From Cryomorpha sp. (GTDB lineage: Bacteria; Bacteroidota; Bacteroidia; Flavobacteriales_D; Cryomorphaceae): a DNA stretch of 64,000 nt. This document shows positions 1-8,880 of the stretch, one piece after another (within the stretch, counting starts at the first letter, position 1; the number at the start of each line of letters is the position of its first letter). Location: positions 67,926 through 131,925 of the forward strand of contig CBDDKU010000029.1 of the NCBI GenBank assembly GCA_965230375.1. The letters are read 5' to 3'. The translations under genes were made by a program, and so were the position numbers. The notes beneath the pieces were generated by a model. It saw only the letters and a program-made list of their open reading frames with translations, was not told the DNA's origin and ran no database searches.

Positions 1-448
1 GTTGAGCAGATGACCAGATTGTAGGAGTATTGGGATCGAACTGGCGGTAGTGAACACGTTGCGAATCCCATCTCACTTCTTCGATACCGCTATCAAATCT
101 GATTAAAGTAAAAGGTTCGATATCGTGGAGATTATAGTCTTCAGAAAAGGACTTCAGGCTTTTAAACTCCAAGCTTTCAAGCACCATAATCCCACGACTT
201 AGCCGATAGGTTTTACCAAATGGATGCGGCTCAAAGGCACCGTTAAGAAGTACATTGACTTGAGGTGATTTGCTTTCAGAGATAGCCACATTAGTACCGC
301 CGTGAACAGGCTCTTTGGCGATGAAGTATCTCTTCGATTCAGCCGTTATAAAAGGCGTTAAAACCCTTGCATTCCGCTTTGAGTTTTCATCTCGGTTAAT
401 GGTAATGATTCGGCCTTGATGGCCAGTGACATAAGTAAGTGTACACAT
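1..448 (-). CDS. NRDE family protein (TANGO2-like); 3' end lies outside the window
   Basis: My own minus-strand translation from the ATG at 448-446 gives MCTLTYVTGHQGRIITINRDENSKRNARVLTPF..., and the frame stays open to position 1. The Met-Cys N-terminus and the literal NRDE motif are the family hallmarks. It is missing from the ORF track only because no stop lies inside the window. Confidence 0.65.
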   Translation of the reverse strand, partial: MCTLTYVTGHQGRIITINRDENSKRNARVLTPFITAESKRYFIAKEPVHGGTNVAISESKSPQVNVLLNGAFEPHPFGKTYRLSRGIMVLESLEFKSLKSFSEDYNLHDIEPFTLIRFDSGIEEVRWDSQRVHYRQFDPNTPTIWSSAQ

Positions 449-463
449 GTACCAACAAAGGTA

Positions 464-1036
464 TCACGGATCGATAAAAAAGCTACAGGTAAATTTATCG
501 AAGAGCAAACTAATCGATTCTGAAGAAACTTCAGACTTGTTCTTCGAGCGAAGTACTACGGTCATCACTCCAAGGCCGGCCCCACTTTTTTCAGAGAGTT
601 CACCCATAGTAAGCTGGTTCATATACGCCTCTTTGAGTTCGTCCCTGTTCATCCTATTTACCTCCCGAAATCGCGATTCAATCTGTTTCGCTTCACCTTT
701 TTCAACCACATTCGAAAACGTGGTGATCAAGCGACCTTCTCTTAGATAGATAAAGAAATCGACTGGAGCTTTTCCTTTCTCATCGGTTGCACCATGCTTA
801 ACCACATTCTGCAGCAATTCAACAAAGACCAAAAAAAACCGTTTGATCATAGAACGGTTATCGACTGTCTCAGCCACCTTCGCTTCGATTTCATCTACGA
901 TAGCTCCTACTTGCGTCTCAGAGACAGCCCCACACTGATGGTGTATAAGGACTATTCCTTTACCCGACAAAATAGATGTAAACGCCTCTTCTGAGAGATT
1001 GTAAAACCTCTCAAGGGCATCCTTGGGAACAGACAT
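464..1036 (-). CDS. GHKL-type ATPase-like protein, SiaB/DUF6272-like (putative switch kinase)
   Basis: 190-aa ORF. It has ELLQNVVKHG (N-box-like) and KSGAGLGVMTV (glycine-rich G2-box-like), with the small size typical of RsbW/SiaB-like kinases. Its stop lies 15 nt upstream of the NRDE gene start. The family assignment is from memory of similar Bacteroidota proteins and was not searched. Confidence 0.45.
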   Translation of the reverse strand: MSVPKDALERFYNLSEEAFTSILSGKGIVLIHHQCGAVSETQVGAIVDEIEAKVAETVDNRSMIKRFFLVFVELLQNVVKHGATDEKGKAPVDFFIYLREGRLITTFSNVVEKGEAKQIESRFREVNRMNRDELKEAYMNQLTMGELSEKSGAGLGVMTVVLRSKNKSEVSSESISLLFDKFTCSFFIDP

Positions 1037-1161
1037 AGGTAGGTTTTGGTGTTACAAAATTAAGAAAACCCTGTTTCTATAAACGGTAAAAACACCCATT
1101 TAGATATTTTGTGTTCACAATATCCCTGAAAACCATGAGGACATCTTTGGGCTTACAAACG

Positions 1162-1195
1162 AAAAAACCCGGAATTACTATTAGGCAATCCGGGT
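1162..1195 (-). terminator. Rho-independent terminator closing the adhesin / TPR-PD40 / PorP operon
   Basis: A 7-bp stem (ACCCGGA at 1167-1173, TCCGGGT at 1189-1195) is followed on the minus strand by TTTTTT (1162-1167). It sits 28 nt downstream of the PorP/SprF stop at 1223. Confidence 0.6.
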
Positions 1196-1222
1196 CTTTC
1201 AATTCATCTTATGAAGGCCATT

Positions 1223-2236
1223 TTAGAACTTGGCACAGGGCATAATTCGCCTTTTGCTCTTTTTCTTGTTTCTCTTCGTAGCAAATTCCATAACGAGAGA
1301 AATTTCGTGAGAACCAGCTGAGTTGGGCGTTAGCTGAGACACGGTCAGGTCGTAACTGTAACCGAATGTCATATTATTGTACTCATAACCAACCAAAAAG
1401 GCAATAGCATCATGGTTGGCATAGTCGTATTCGTTCGACTTAACAGGTAGCCCTCTATACCACACTCCCACCATAAGTGGAGCATACTCATAGTAGAAAC
1501 CTAAATCGAGTTGATCAAATAGTCCTTGAGCCTGGTAGTTGAATGCTGGAACAATATACTGTCGCTTGCTAAAAGCCCCAGTTTCAGAAAGCTTAATACG
1601 AACTCCACCGTGCATTGTGAATCGCTTTGGCAATCGAGACTCACCACCGGTTAGCGACTGTATGGGTTCGTTCATGTGGTGTAAGGCTGCCCCAAACCAG
1701 ACTTTCTCAGAGTAAAACACGAGCCCTCCGGCAAAATCAGGGTAGTTGACCGGTTTTTGTTCAAACCTTGTCCGGTCTGGATCTAAGGTTGAAGCTCCAT
1801 CATCATCACGAGCTAGCTGATCCATGAAGGTCAGTTTGTTTACGTCAAGATAATTTGACCCGAAACCAAAGCTTATACCCGGGCGAATACTTATCTTCCT
1901 CGACACACGAATCTCATAGGCATAGTGGAAGGAAGCCGAAGTATATGTGAGTCCACCTATACCTGCTTTATCGTGATTTACGGTTATCCCCATACCACTA
2001 TTAAACGTAGGTATGAAATGATCAACTCCAACACTATACGAAACAAAGGCCTGCGGCAGTGCCGGCCATTGATTACGATAGTTCATCGCGACCCTGGTTT
2101 GCACACTGGTCCCTGCAAATGCGGGGTTCAGAAGCATGGGGTTTGAGTAAAACTGCGTATACTGTTGATCTTGACCTTTCGTTTGAACGGCCAGGATCGA
2201 ACACACGCAAAATGCAAGTGCGTATAGACGATTCAT
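1223..2236 (-). CDS. T9SS membrane protein, PorP/SprF family
   Basis: 337 aa with a signal peptide. It has the QYTQFYSNPMLLNPAFAG motif near the N-terminus and a C-terminal SAGSHEISL...F beta-barrel end typical of PorP/SprF. It lies directly downstream of a type-B cargo operon. Confidence 0.9.
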   Translation of the reverse strand: MNRLYALAFCVCSILAVQTKGQDQQYTQFYSNPMLLNPAFAGTSVQTRVAMNYRNQWPALPQAFVSYSVGVDHFIPTFNSGMGITVNHDKAGIGGLTYTSASFHYAYEIRVSRKISIRPGISFGFGSNYLDVNKLTFMDQLARDDDGASTLDPDRTRFEQKPVNYPDFAGGLVFYSEKVWFGAALHHMNEPIQSLTGGESRLPKRFTMHGGVRIKLSETGAFSKRQYIVPAFNYQAQGLFDQLDLGFYYEYAPLMVGVWYRGLPVKSNEYDYANHDAIAFLVGYEYNNMTFGYSYDLTVSQLTPNSAGSHEISLVMEFATKRNKKKSKRRIMPCAKF

Positions 2237-2241
2237 AGGCG

Positions 2242-3792
2242 TTATTTTGAAAGGATTATTTTTTCGACTTCATCTTCAGAACGCTCGTCGTCCGAAGCAA
2301 TATACAGTGGTCGCTCGAGGGCTCTAAACCCATCCGCTTCTACCACTACGGTATAGTTTTGGTCAGCATTGAGCGCCAAAACAAAACTCCCATCTTTTGG
2401 GTCGGCTTGGTATAAACCTTCCACAGCGCCGCTGTCTTTATTGAGTAGAATGATGGTAGCATAAGGCGGGATATTGTCACCAATCGTTACCAATTTACCT
2501 CTGTAAATAATTGTATTTGCATCGTTAAACTGGATGCGGTACAAGTCCTGAAGACCATATCCACCCACACGCTCAGAAGAAAAGTAAGCCTGTTTCCCTT
2601 CGGCATCCATCACAAAAAACACATCATCTCCAGGAGTATTGATCGGGTACCCAAGATTTTCAGGCTTTAGAAAAGTCTCCCCTTCAGCTATTGCGCAAAA
2701 GATATCATACCCGCCCATCGTTTCGTGTCCATTCGAAGCGAAGTATAGATTTCCCTTTGCCGATACGAAGGGTGCATCTTCATCATATGCACTGTTAATG
2801 TTGGGTCCAAGATTTTGAGCGTCGCTCCACTTTCCATCTGGAAGTTTTCGCACTACATAGAGATCCTTTCCACCAAACCCATCAGGTCTGTCGCTGGAGA
2901 AATACAGTACTGTACCTTCCTTATCACCAAAACAAGCGCTAGCCTCATGATGCTTGCTATTCACCTGATCATTTAGTTTTTCTGGTTCTTTCCAGCTATG
3001 CCCATCTTTTTCGGTCAGGTATAGATCACCAGAAAATCCATTTTTTCGGGTGCGGTAAAGTATGAGGCTTTTTCCATCTTCAGAACAAGCCACTGCGGCA
3101 TCATTTGTCCTTGAGTTTAGTGGCTCATTTGCAGCCACTGCTCTCTTGGTCTCCGAGAGGAGATCTACCGAGTAAATATTTTCGTCGTATTGCTCTGAAA
3201 CATCTTTTTCGCTCTCAGTGTCATAGCGTCTTCTCGATGTAAAGTACAAGCGTTCACCCTGCGCATCCCATACAGGAGCATAGTCGTGTAGTGAAGAGTT
3301 TACACCGTTTCCAAGGTTCTTGATCGAAACGTGTACTGGGTTCCGCACCATAACGGCTGCGCGTTCTGCCGAAGCAATTAAGTCGCTCACTTCTTTTGAA
3401 GACTTCGTTCGGTCGCCTTTCTCTTCGTATTTCTGGAGCAAATCGATTGCCTCAAAAAAGCGGAAAGACTGAATTCGCTTTTGAGCCAGATAATACATCG
3501 ACTCTGTATCATCGCGGTCTACAGCAAGCTCCAAGTATCGTTCGGCTTGATCTTGAAGTGGCGGAATGTGGAAATAGCAGATTCCAAGTCTCCCGAGTAC
3601 TTCACCATTGTCTTGAGCCACTTTAGACACTTCTGTATAGAGCTCAGACGCGTAGTAATAATCGCCTTGCTCAAAGTATATCTCAGCTTCGTAGAGGAGA
3701 TTTTTGTGATATCTCCCCATCTTCTGTGCAGAAGCAGCTACACTAATGGTCATTATACAAACGACCCCTATATATCCTTTAAATCTCATCAT
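2242..3792 (-). CDS. Secreted TPR + PD40 (TolB-like beta-propeller) repeat protein with a C-terminal beta-sandwich; no OmpA domain
   Basis: 516 aa with a signal peptide (VAASAQ) and TPR-like helices at about aa 25-135. PD40-type repeats recur (LYFTSRR, LYFSSDRPDGFGGKDLY, LYFASNGHETMGGYDIF, AYFSSERVGGYGLQDLY). The tail is carboxypeptidase-regulatory-like (GKLVT...YTVVVEADGF). It overlaps the adhesin stop by 4 nt. Confidence 0.75.
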   Translation of the reverse strand: MMRFKGYIGVVCIMTISVAASAQKMGRYHKNLLYEAEIYFEQGDYYYASELYTEVSKVAQDNGEVLGRLGICYFHIPPLQDQAERYLELAVDRDDTESMYYLAQKRIQSFRFFEAIDLLQKYEEKGDRTKSSKEVSDLIASAERAAVMVRNPVHVSIKNLGNGVNSSLHDYAPVWDAQGERLYFTSRRRYDTESEKDVSEQYDENIYSVDLLSETKRAVAANEPLNSRTNDAAVACSEDGKSLILYRTRKNGFSGDLYLTEKDGHSWKEPEKLNDQVNSKHHEASACFGDKEGTVLYFSSDRPDGFGGKDLYVVRKLPDGKWSDAQNLGPNINSAYDEDAPFVSAKGNLYFASNGHETMGGYDIFCAIAEGETFLKPENLGYPINTPGDDVFFVMDAEGKQAYFSSERVGGYGLQDLYRIQFNDANTIIYRGKLVTIGDNIPPYATIILLNKDSGAVEGLYQADPKDGSFVLALNADQNYTVVVEADGFRALERPLYIASDDERSEDEVEKIILSK

Positions 3793-6700
3793 CTTATCAA
3801 TGTTACGTCACCCATATCTGTGAAGTCACCGCCATCTTGGAAGGTGGCTGACACGCGCCAGACATAGACATCCTGTTGACAAATCTGTCCTTTGTAATAT
3901 CCATCCCACCCCTGATGGATATCAGTGGTTTCAAAAAGCAACTCACCCCATCGGTTGAAGATTTGCATTTCAAACTCTTCAACTCCTTTGTAGAGCGGGA
4001 AGAAAATGTCGTTGTTAAACATATCGTCAAGTGTCCAGTAGCCACCATTCGATCCATTCGGATTCGGTGTAAAGGCATTCGGGAAAGAGATTTGACTATC
4101 TACATTACCCAGAATGGCCTGTTCAATGGCAAACGTATCTGGACAGTTAAACTCGTTATTGGCTATTAAGGTTACGGGGTGCCATCCAAGGGTTTCGTAA
4201 AAGTGGTAGGGTGAGAATTCATCTGAAGTCTGACCATCACCGAAATCCCAATGGTAGGTATCCGCATTTTGTGATAAATTCAAGAAAAAGACATCATCCG
4301 GAATGCTAATTACTGGTGGATTAACCGTAAAGTAGGCTTCTGCTCTAGGGTGTACAGTAACGATTCCCGTTCTAATCTCTATGTCTTGATCTCCACCTGG
4401 CCCAGTAACAGTAAGTGTTACATTAAAGGTCCCCACCTGATAATAGGTGTGCACTGGGTTGGCTTCGTTGCTATTGGTTCCATCTCCAAAATCCCATAGG
4501 TAGGACTCGGCATAAGTAGAAGTACTTTCAAAAGCTACCACTAATGGTAGACAGCCAATACCTTCACCTTCAAAGTCGGCAATCGGAAGCGGTGGAAGAA
4601 TGGTTACAGACTGAGTGGCCGTGTCGGAACAAATAGAAGAACCAACCACCAACGAAATATCGAATTCACCCCAAGTGTCATAAGTGTAGGTATTTGGATC
4701 GCTAGGATCAGTACTTGTCGTTGTATTACCATCACCCCAGCTCCAGGCATATTCCGAACCATCATTAGCTGAACTCAGGTTAATTACATCAATTGTAGAT
4801 TCTGGGAATTGCTGCACCAAAGGGGCGGCTACAAAACCTGCATTCGGTTGCCCAAGCACTGGAATTTCAAATTCAAGTGTGTCTCCACAACCCCAAAGCG
4901 ATTGGGCCACAAACAATACTGTGTAAGTTGAATCTTCTGAGTTGGCATTATTGTATGCGTGCACCGGATCTACTTCCTGCGAAGTGACTCCATCACCGAA
5001 ATCCCAGTAATAAGTCATCGCACCAATCGAGTTATTTTCAAACTCAGCAATGTAGGGTGAACATCCACCTAACGGAGGGTTCACACTTGCAATGATTTGT
5101 GGAATAATGTCCATGTCGAACATAGTGGATGCTTCACATCCATAATCAGACACACCTGTGAGTGTAACTGTATACGTTTCAACTTCAACTCCAGGATTGA
5201 CATATTGATGCACGTGCAGTGAGTCAGATTCAGTACTACTCGCTCCATCGCCGTAGTCCCAAGTGAAAGACTCAGCTCCTTCAGAAAAATTAGCAAATGT
5301 GACATCTGCTGGGTAACACCCATCAATCTCAGAGATCACGGCATTGATAGAAGGCAGTGGGTAAACCACAACTTCAGAATAAGTTGTGTCGGTACACCCA
5401 AATCCAGACTGAGCGATCATCTCCACATCGAATGTCACCAACGAGTCTGTCGAATTGACAAAAACGTGGTTCGGATTCTGAATGAAGGCAGTGGTTTCAT
5501 CTCCAAAGTCCCAGGCATAGGTTGCCCCACCAAAAGACTGGTTCACAAAACTCACCGAAAGTGGCGAACACCCCGAGTCTGGGTTATGCGTAAAGGCAGC
5601 ATCAACATCAGGGTAGACCATAATCTCGACACTGGCTGAATCGGAACACCCATAATCAGACGAAGCAATAAGTGTGACTTCGTAATCAACGGGAACCGTA
5701 GATGTAGTCGTGAAAGTGTGCTCATGAGTGGCAGCAGTCGTATCGGATGTTTGGCCATTTCCATAAATCCATGTGTAAGAATCAGCAATACTACTGTTGT
5801 TCTGGAACTCAACGTCGAGTGGTCCACATCCCGCTGTGGTGTTTGGTAAAAAGCTTGCCTGCGGTTTTGGATAAACAATGATCGACGATCGGGCCGTGTC
5901 TTCACAACCAAAAAGCGATGTAGCGACCAATTGAATATCGAAGGTATCGGGCTCAAAAGTATTCACATCATAGCCAGCCATTGGCTCTTCTGCAACGCTT
6001 ACGATTCCATTCCCGAGATCCCATTGATAAAGACTGGCATTTTGGGAAGTATTTTCAAAAGTAAATCCCAACGGGGCACATCCGTCATCTGGATGCTCAA
6101 AGTCAGCGATGACTGCTGGGTGCACTTCAATGTTTCGAGTGAAAGTCTCAGAACACCCATTTTCGGTGAATACTTCCAGAACCACTGTATACACTACAGT
6201 TTGATTTGTATTATTCTCAAAAGTATGAGCATGCGTTACAGCCATGGTATCTGATGAGAATCCATCGCCATAAGTCCAGTGAACTGAATCGGCCAAAAGT
6301 GACTGATTCTCCAAATTCACCTTTACGGGACTACATCCCGCCGTGGGACTTGCTGAAAATTGTGCAATTGGGTTTGGGTTTACAACAACGAGCGCAGTGG
6401 CCGTATCTGTACAACCAAAAGCTGATGTACCAACCATCTCGGCTTCGTAAGTAATCGGAGCCAATGTATTGTTAGCATAGGCATGACTTGGGTTTGGCGC
6501 CGTCGAAATCGTTCCGTCTCCAAAAGACCAGTAAGTGCTCACAGCTCCACTGATTACCGGAAAGTTTGCTACAAATGGCGCACAGCCTGTATCGCCTTCC
6601 AAGGTAAAGTCGAAGGATGGCTCGGGATAAACCGCTACAGAAGCTGTAGAAGTATCATCACACCCAAAAGGCGTAGTAGCTACCAGCGAAATTTCAAAAG

Positions 6701-8831
6701 TTTGAAGGGTTAACCCGGTATTGATAAAGACGTGCGATGGATTCACTTCGTCGGTAACTGGAGTACCGTCTCCAAAATCCCATTCGTAGTCAGTCGCATT
6801 TACTGAGTTGTTTAGAAAATTGGATGGACTTGGCGAACAACCAGGCGTGTAGAAGGTCTGGAATTGAGACACCGCTGTAGGGTGCACAGTAACCTGCGAA
6901 GTTGAAGTATCAGCACATCCAAATGCGTTTCGGGCAATCAATGTTACCGCGTATACCGAGTCAACATCACCAAAATTTTGGAATATTTGAGTTGGATTTT
7001 CATCCGCAGTTCCACTACCATCTCCATACACCCAGCTATAATTGTCAGCATCGCTACTCTGGTTTGTAAAATTGACTTCTAGTGGACCACAGCCAGCCAC
7101 TTCATCCTGAACGAAGTCAGATGTTGGTGCATCTTGCACGGTCACACTGGTTGTAGTTGAAGCCGAACAAGTTCCTGTATTGACAGTTAAGCTTATGAAA
7201 TATGAACCAGCAACATTATAGGTATGTGTTGGATTCTGATCTGTACTTCCATTCCCATCACCAAAATTCCAATCCCAATCAACTATAGGGTCTCCACCCG
7301 GGCTCGACGAAAGGTCAGTCATCGTCCCTTCTGACCCGATACAAATATCATTTACCACGAAATCAGCAATAGGACTCTCGTGTACGGTGATGATCTCAGA
7401 ATCGGAGTTTATACACCCATTGATTCCTTCAACAGTCAAAACCGCGTTGTACACCCCAGGGCCAACATACCATTCAGAACCTGGATTCTGACTGGTACTG
7501 GTATTTCCGTTTCCAAAACTCCAATCCCAAGTAGAGATACTACCTGTAGAGTTATCTGTAAAGTTTACCTGGATGCTATCACAATCTTCAGTATTATCAA
7601 GTACTATAACAGCTTCCGGGGCAGGCAATACGGTTATTGGTACAAATGTGGTATCACTACACCCACTTGCCAATCCGCCAACGGCAGAGACTAAGCTCAC
7701 ATTGTAGCTTCCCGCATTTTGGAATGCATGATCCACTGTATTTGCTCCTGAATAAACTAGTGGTGTGCCATCGTCAAAATCCCAAACGTGATTCGTAGCA
7801 TTTGCGGAAGAATTATTTGTAAAAGTGACCACTTCACCTGCACAAACGGTCATGGCGCTGGCAGCGGCATCGGCAGTAGGTGGCGGAACAATCTGAATGG
7901 TAATAGTAGCCATATCAATACCACAAAGGTTACTGTCGAGTAGTGTTACCGTATACGATCCTATCCCAGGGTACTGAAGGGTATGTGGGAATGTTGGTGG
8001 CCAGGCTCTCCAGTCAATAATCGAGTCTTGTCCTTCACCCCAGTAGTCACCAAAGTTCCAGTACTCATAACGCTGGTAGATATTACCTTGTAATAAACAG
8101 TTTCTTTCAGTAGTATTGGTGAAGGTTACCTCGTTGTCAGGATAACACAAAACAGTTTCTGATGCCGTGATTGCAGCATCATCAATATCCCAAATACGAA
8201 TTGGATTAAAGGTAGCCGCACTTGGGCCACCCTGTACAGTATTACAGTAGTTTTCGGCGGTAAGAGTTACAACAGTCTCACAATCCACGGTCCCCACTTC
8301 ATAGGTGTGGGAAATAGTTTGTCCAAGATTGGTGTAGTCGTAAACTTCAATTGGCGATCCATCACCAAAATCCCAGGTAAAAACAGTCGTCTCAGATGTA
8401 TTTGTACTCGAGTTAATAAACTCCATCGTCTGCGGAGCACAAGCCTGGGTAAGTCCCCCTACTGGAATCTGGATAGAAGCACTTGTGGCTTCCTCCATAA
8501 TTACAACACCTTGCACAGTACATCCAGTAGATATTTCTGTAAAGACAACAATAAATGAGTCTACAGCCGCAGCATAGGTATGCGTAATAGCATTTGGTGG
8601 CACCAAATCGGTACCTGAGTCGGAGTTTCCATCTCCCCAGTCTATTGTCCAAGAGCCCAGACTATTTGGCGACTGGATACTTAGATCAAAATCTCCACCG
8701 CTACAGCTATACCAATAAGGCGTGGCTGAAGGGTTTCCGTAAAAGTCATACAACTCACACTGCGCACTTGCCAGTCCGCTGAATAGCGCGGCTATTGTGA
8801 CACAAATCAAATTTATATACAACCTCCTCAT
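3789..8831 (-). CDS. Giant PKD-repeat cell-surface protein with a T9SS type-B sorting domain (gliding-motility-associated C-terminal domain)
   Basis: 1680 aa with a signal peptide (GLASAQ). There are 18 W-x-(F/W/Y)-G-D-G PKD cores. The C-terminal roughly 100 aa (nt 3792-4091), FPNAFTPNPNGSNGGYW...FNRWGELLF...GWDGYYKG...YVW...G.VTLIR, matches the type-B CTD pattern. Confidence 0.9.
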   Translation of the reverse strand: MRRLYINLICVTIAALFSGLASAQCELYDFYGNPSATPYWYSCSGGDFDLSIQSPNSLGSWTIDWGDGNSDSGTDLVPPNAITHTYAAAVDSFIVVFTEISTGCTVQGVVIMEEATSASIQIPVGGLTQACAPQTMEFINSSTNTSETTVFTWDFGDGSPIEVYDYTNLGQTISHTYEVGTVDCETVVTLTAENYCNTVQGGPSAATFNPIRIWDIDDAAITASETVLCYPDNEVTFTNTTERNCLLQGNIYQRYEYWNFGDYWGEGQDSIIDWRAWPPTFPHTLQYPGIGSYTVTLLDSNLCGIDMATITIQIVPPPTADAAASAMTVCAGEVVTFTNNSSANATNHVWDFDDGTPLVYSGANTVDHAFQNAGSYNVSLVSAVGGLASGCSDTTFVPITVLPAPEAVIVLDNTEDCDSIQVNFTDNSTGSISTWDWSFGNGNTSTSQNPGSEWYVGPGVYNAVLTVEGINGCINSDSEIITVHESPIADFVVNDICIGSEGTMTDLSSSPGGDPIVDWDWNFGDGNGSTDQNPTHTYNVAGSYFISLTVNTGTCSASTTTSVTVQDAPTSDFVQDEVAGCGPLEVNFTNQSSDADNYSWVYGDGSGTADENPTQIFQNFGDVDSVYAVTLIARNAFGCADTSTSQVTVHPTAVSQFQTFYTPGCSPSPSNFLNNSVNATDYEWDFGDGTPVTDEVNPSHVFINTGLTLQTFEISLVATTPFGCDDTSTASVAVYPEPSFDFTLEGDTGCAPFVANFPVISGAVSTYWSFGDGTISTAPNPSHAYANNTLAPITYEAEMVGTSAFGCTDTATALVVVNPNPIAQFSASPTAGCSPVKVNLENQSLLADSVHWTYGDGFSSDTMAVTHAHTFENNTNQTVVYTVVLEVFTENGCSETFTRNIEVHPAVIADFEHPDDGCAPLGFTFENTSQNASLYQWDLGNGIVSVAEEPMAGYDVNTFEPDTFDIQLVATSLFGCEDTARSSIIVYPKPQASFLPNTTAGCGPLDVEFQNNSSIADSYTWIYGNGQTSDTTAATHEHTFTTTSTVPVDYEVTLIASSDYGCSDSASVEIMVYPDVDAAFTHNPDSGCSPLSVSFVNQSFGGATYAWDFGDETTAFIQNPNHVFVNSTDSLVTFDVEMIAQSGFGCTDTTYSEVVVYPLPSINAVISEIDGCYPADVTFANFSEGAESFTWDYGDGASSTESDSLHVHQYVNPGVEVETYTVTLTGVSDYGCEASTMFDMDIIPQIIASVNPPLGGCSPYIAEFENNSIGAMTYYWDFGDGVTSQEVDPVHAYNNANSEDSTYTVLFVAQSLWGCGDTLEFEIPVLGQPNAGFVAAPLVQQFPESTIDVINLSSANDGSEYAWSWGDGNTTTSTDPSDPNTYTYDTWGEFDISLVVGSSICSDTATQSVTILPPLPIADFEGEGIGCLPLVVAFESTSTYAESYLWDFGDGTNSNEANPVHTYYQVGTFNVTLTVTGPGGDQDIEIRTGIVTVHPRAEAYFTVNPPVISIPDDVFFLNLSQNADTYHWDFGDGQTSDEFSPYHFYETLGWHPVTLIANNEFNCPDTFAIEQAILGNVDSQISFPNAFTPNPNGSNGGYWTLDDMFNNDIFFPLYKGVEEFEMQIFNRWGELLFETTDIHQGWDGYYKGQICQQDVYVWRVSATFQDGGDFTDMGDVTLIR
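4107..8699 (-). repeat. Array of 18 PKD-type Ig-like modules (about 84 aa, about 252 nt each) inside the adhesin gene
   Basis: The WxFGDG cores recur about every 84 residues, with core Trp at aa 600, 684, 768, 852, 937, 1021, 1107, 1191 and 1276 among others. The copies are diverged at DNA level and are not near-identical. Confidence 0.8.
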
Positions 8832-8880
8832 ACCGCTTTCTACGGCAGAACTGGCAAAAGGTTATGAAATGAAATTGATG

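Noticed and set aside
114-122. GGTTCGATA, a tRNA T-loop-like string.
   Set aside because: It lies inside the open NRDE reading frame, and the flanking sequence allows no acceptor or anticodon stems. None of the intergenic regions, all 207 nt or shorter, shows a cloverleaf.
3481-3867. 128-aa plus-strand ORF spanning the junction of the adhesin and TPR/PD40 genes.
   Set aside because: It is antisense to two overlapping, well-supported minus-strand genes, and it has no signal or motif.
4107-8699. Periodic repeats that could be mistaken for a CRISPR or tandem-repeat locus.
   Set aside because: The periodicity of about 252 nt is at protein level (PKD modules) within one uninterrupted 5-kb ORF. 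The DNA copies are diverged, and there is no short direct repeat and spacer organisation.
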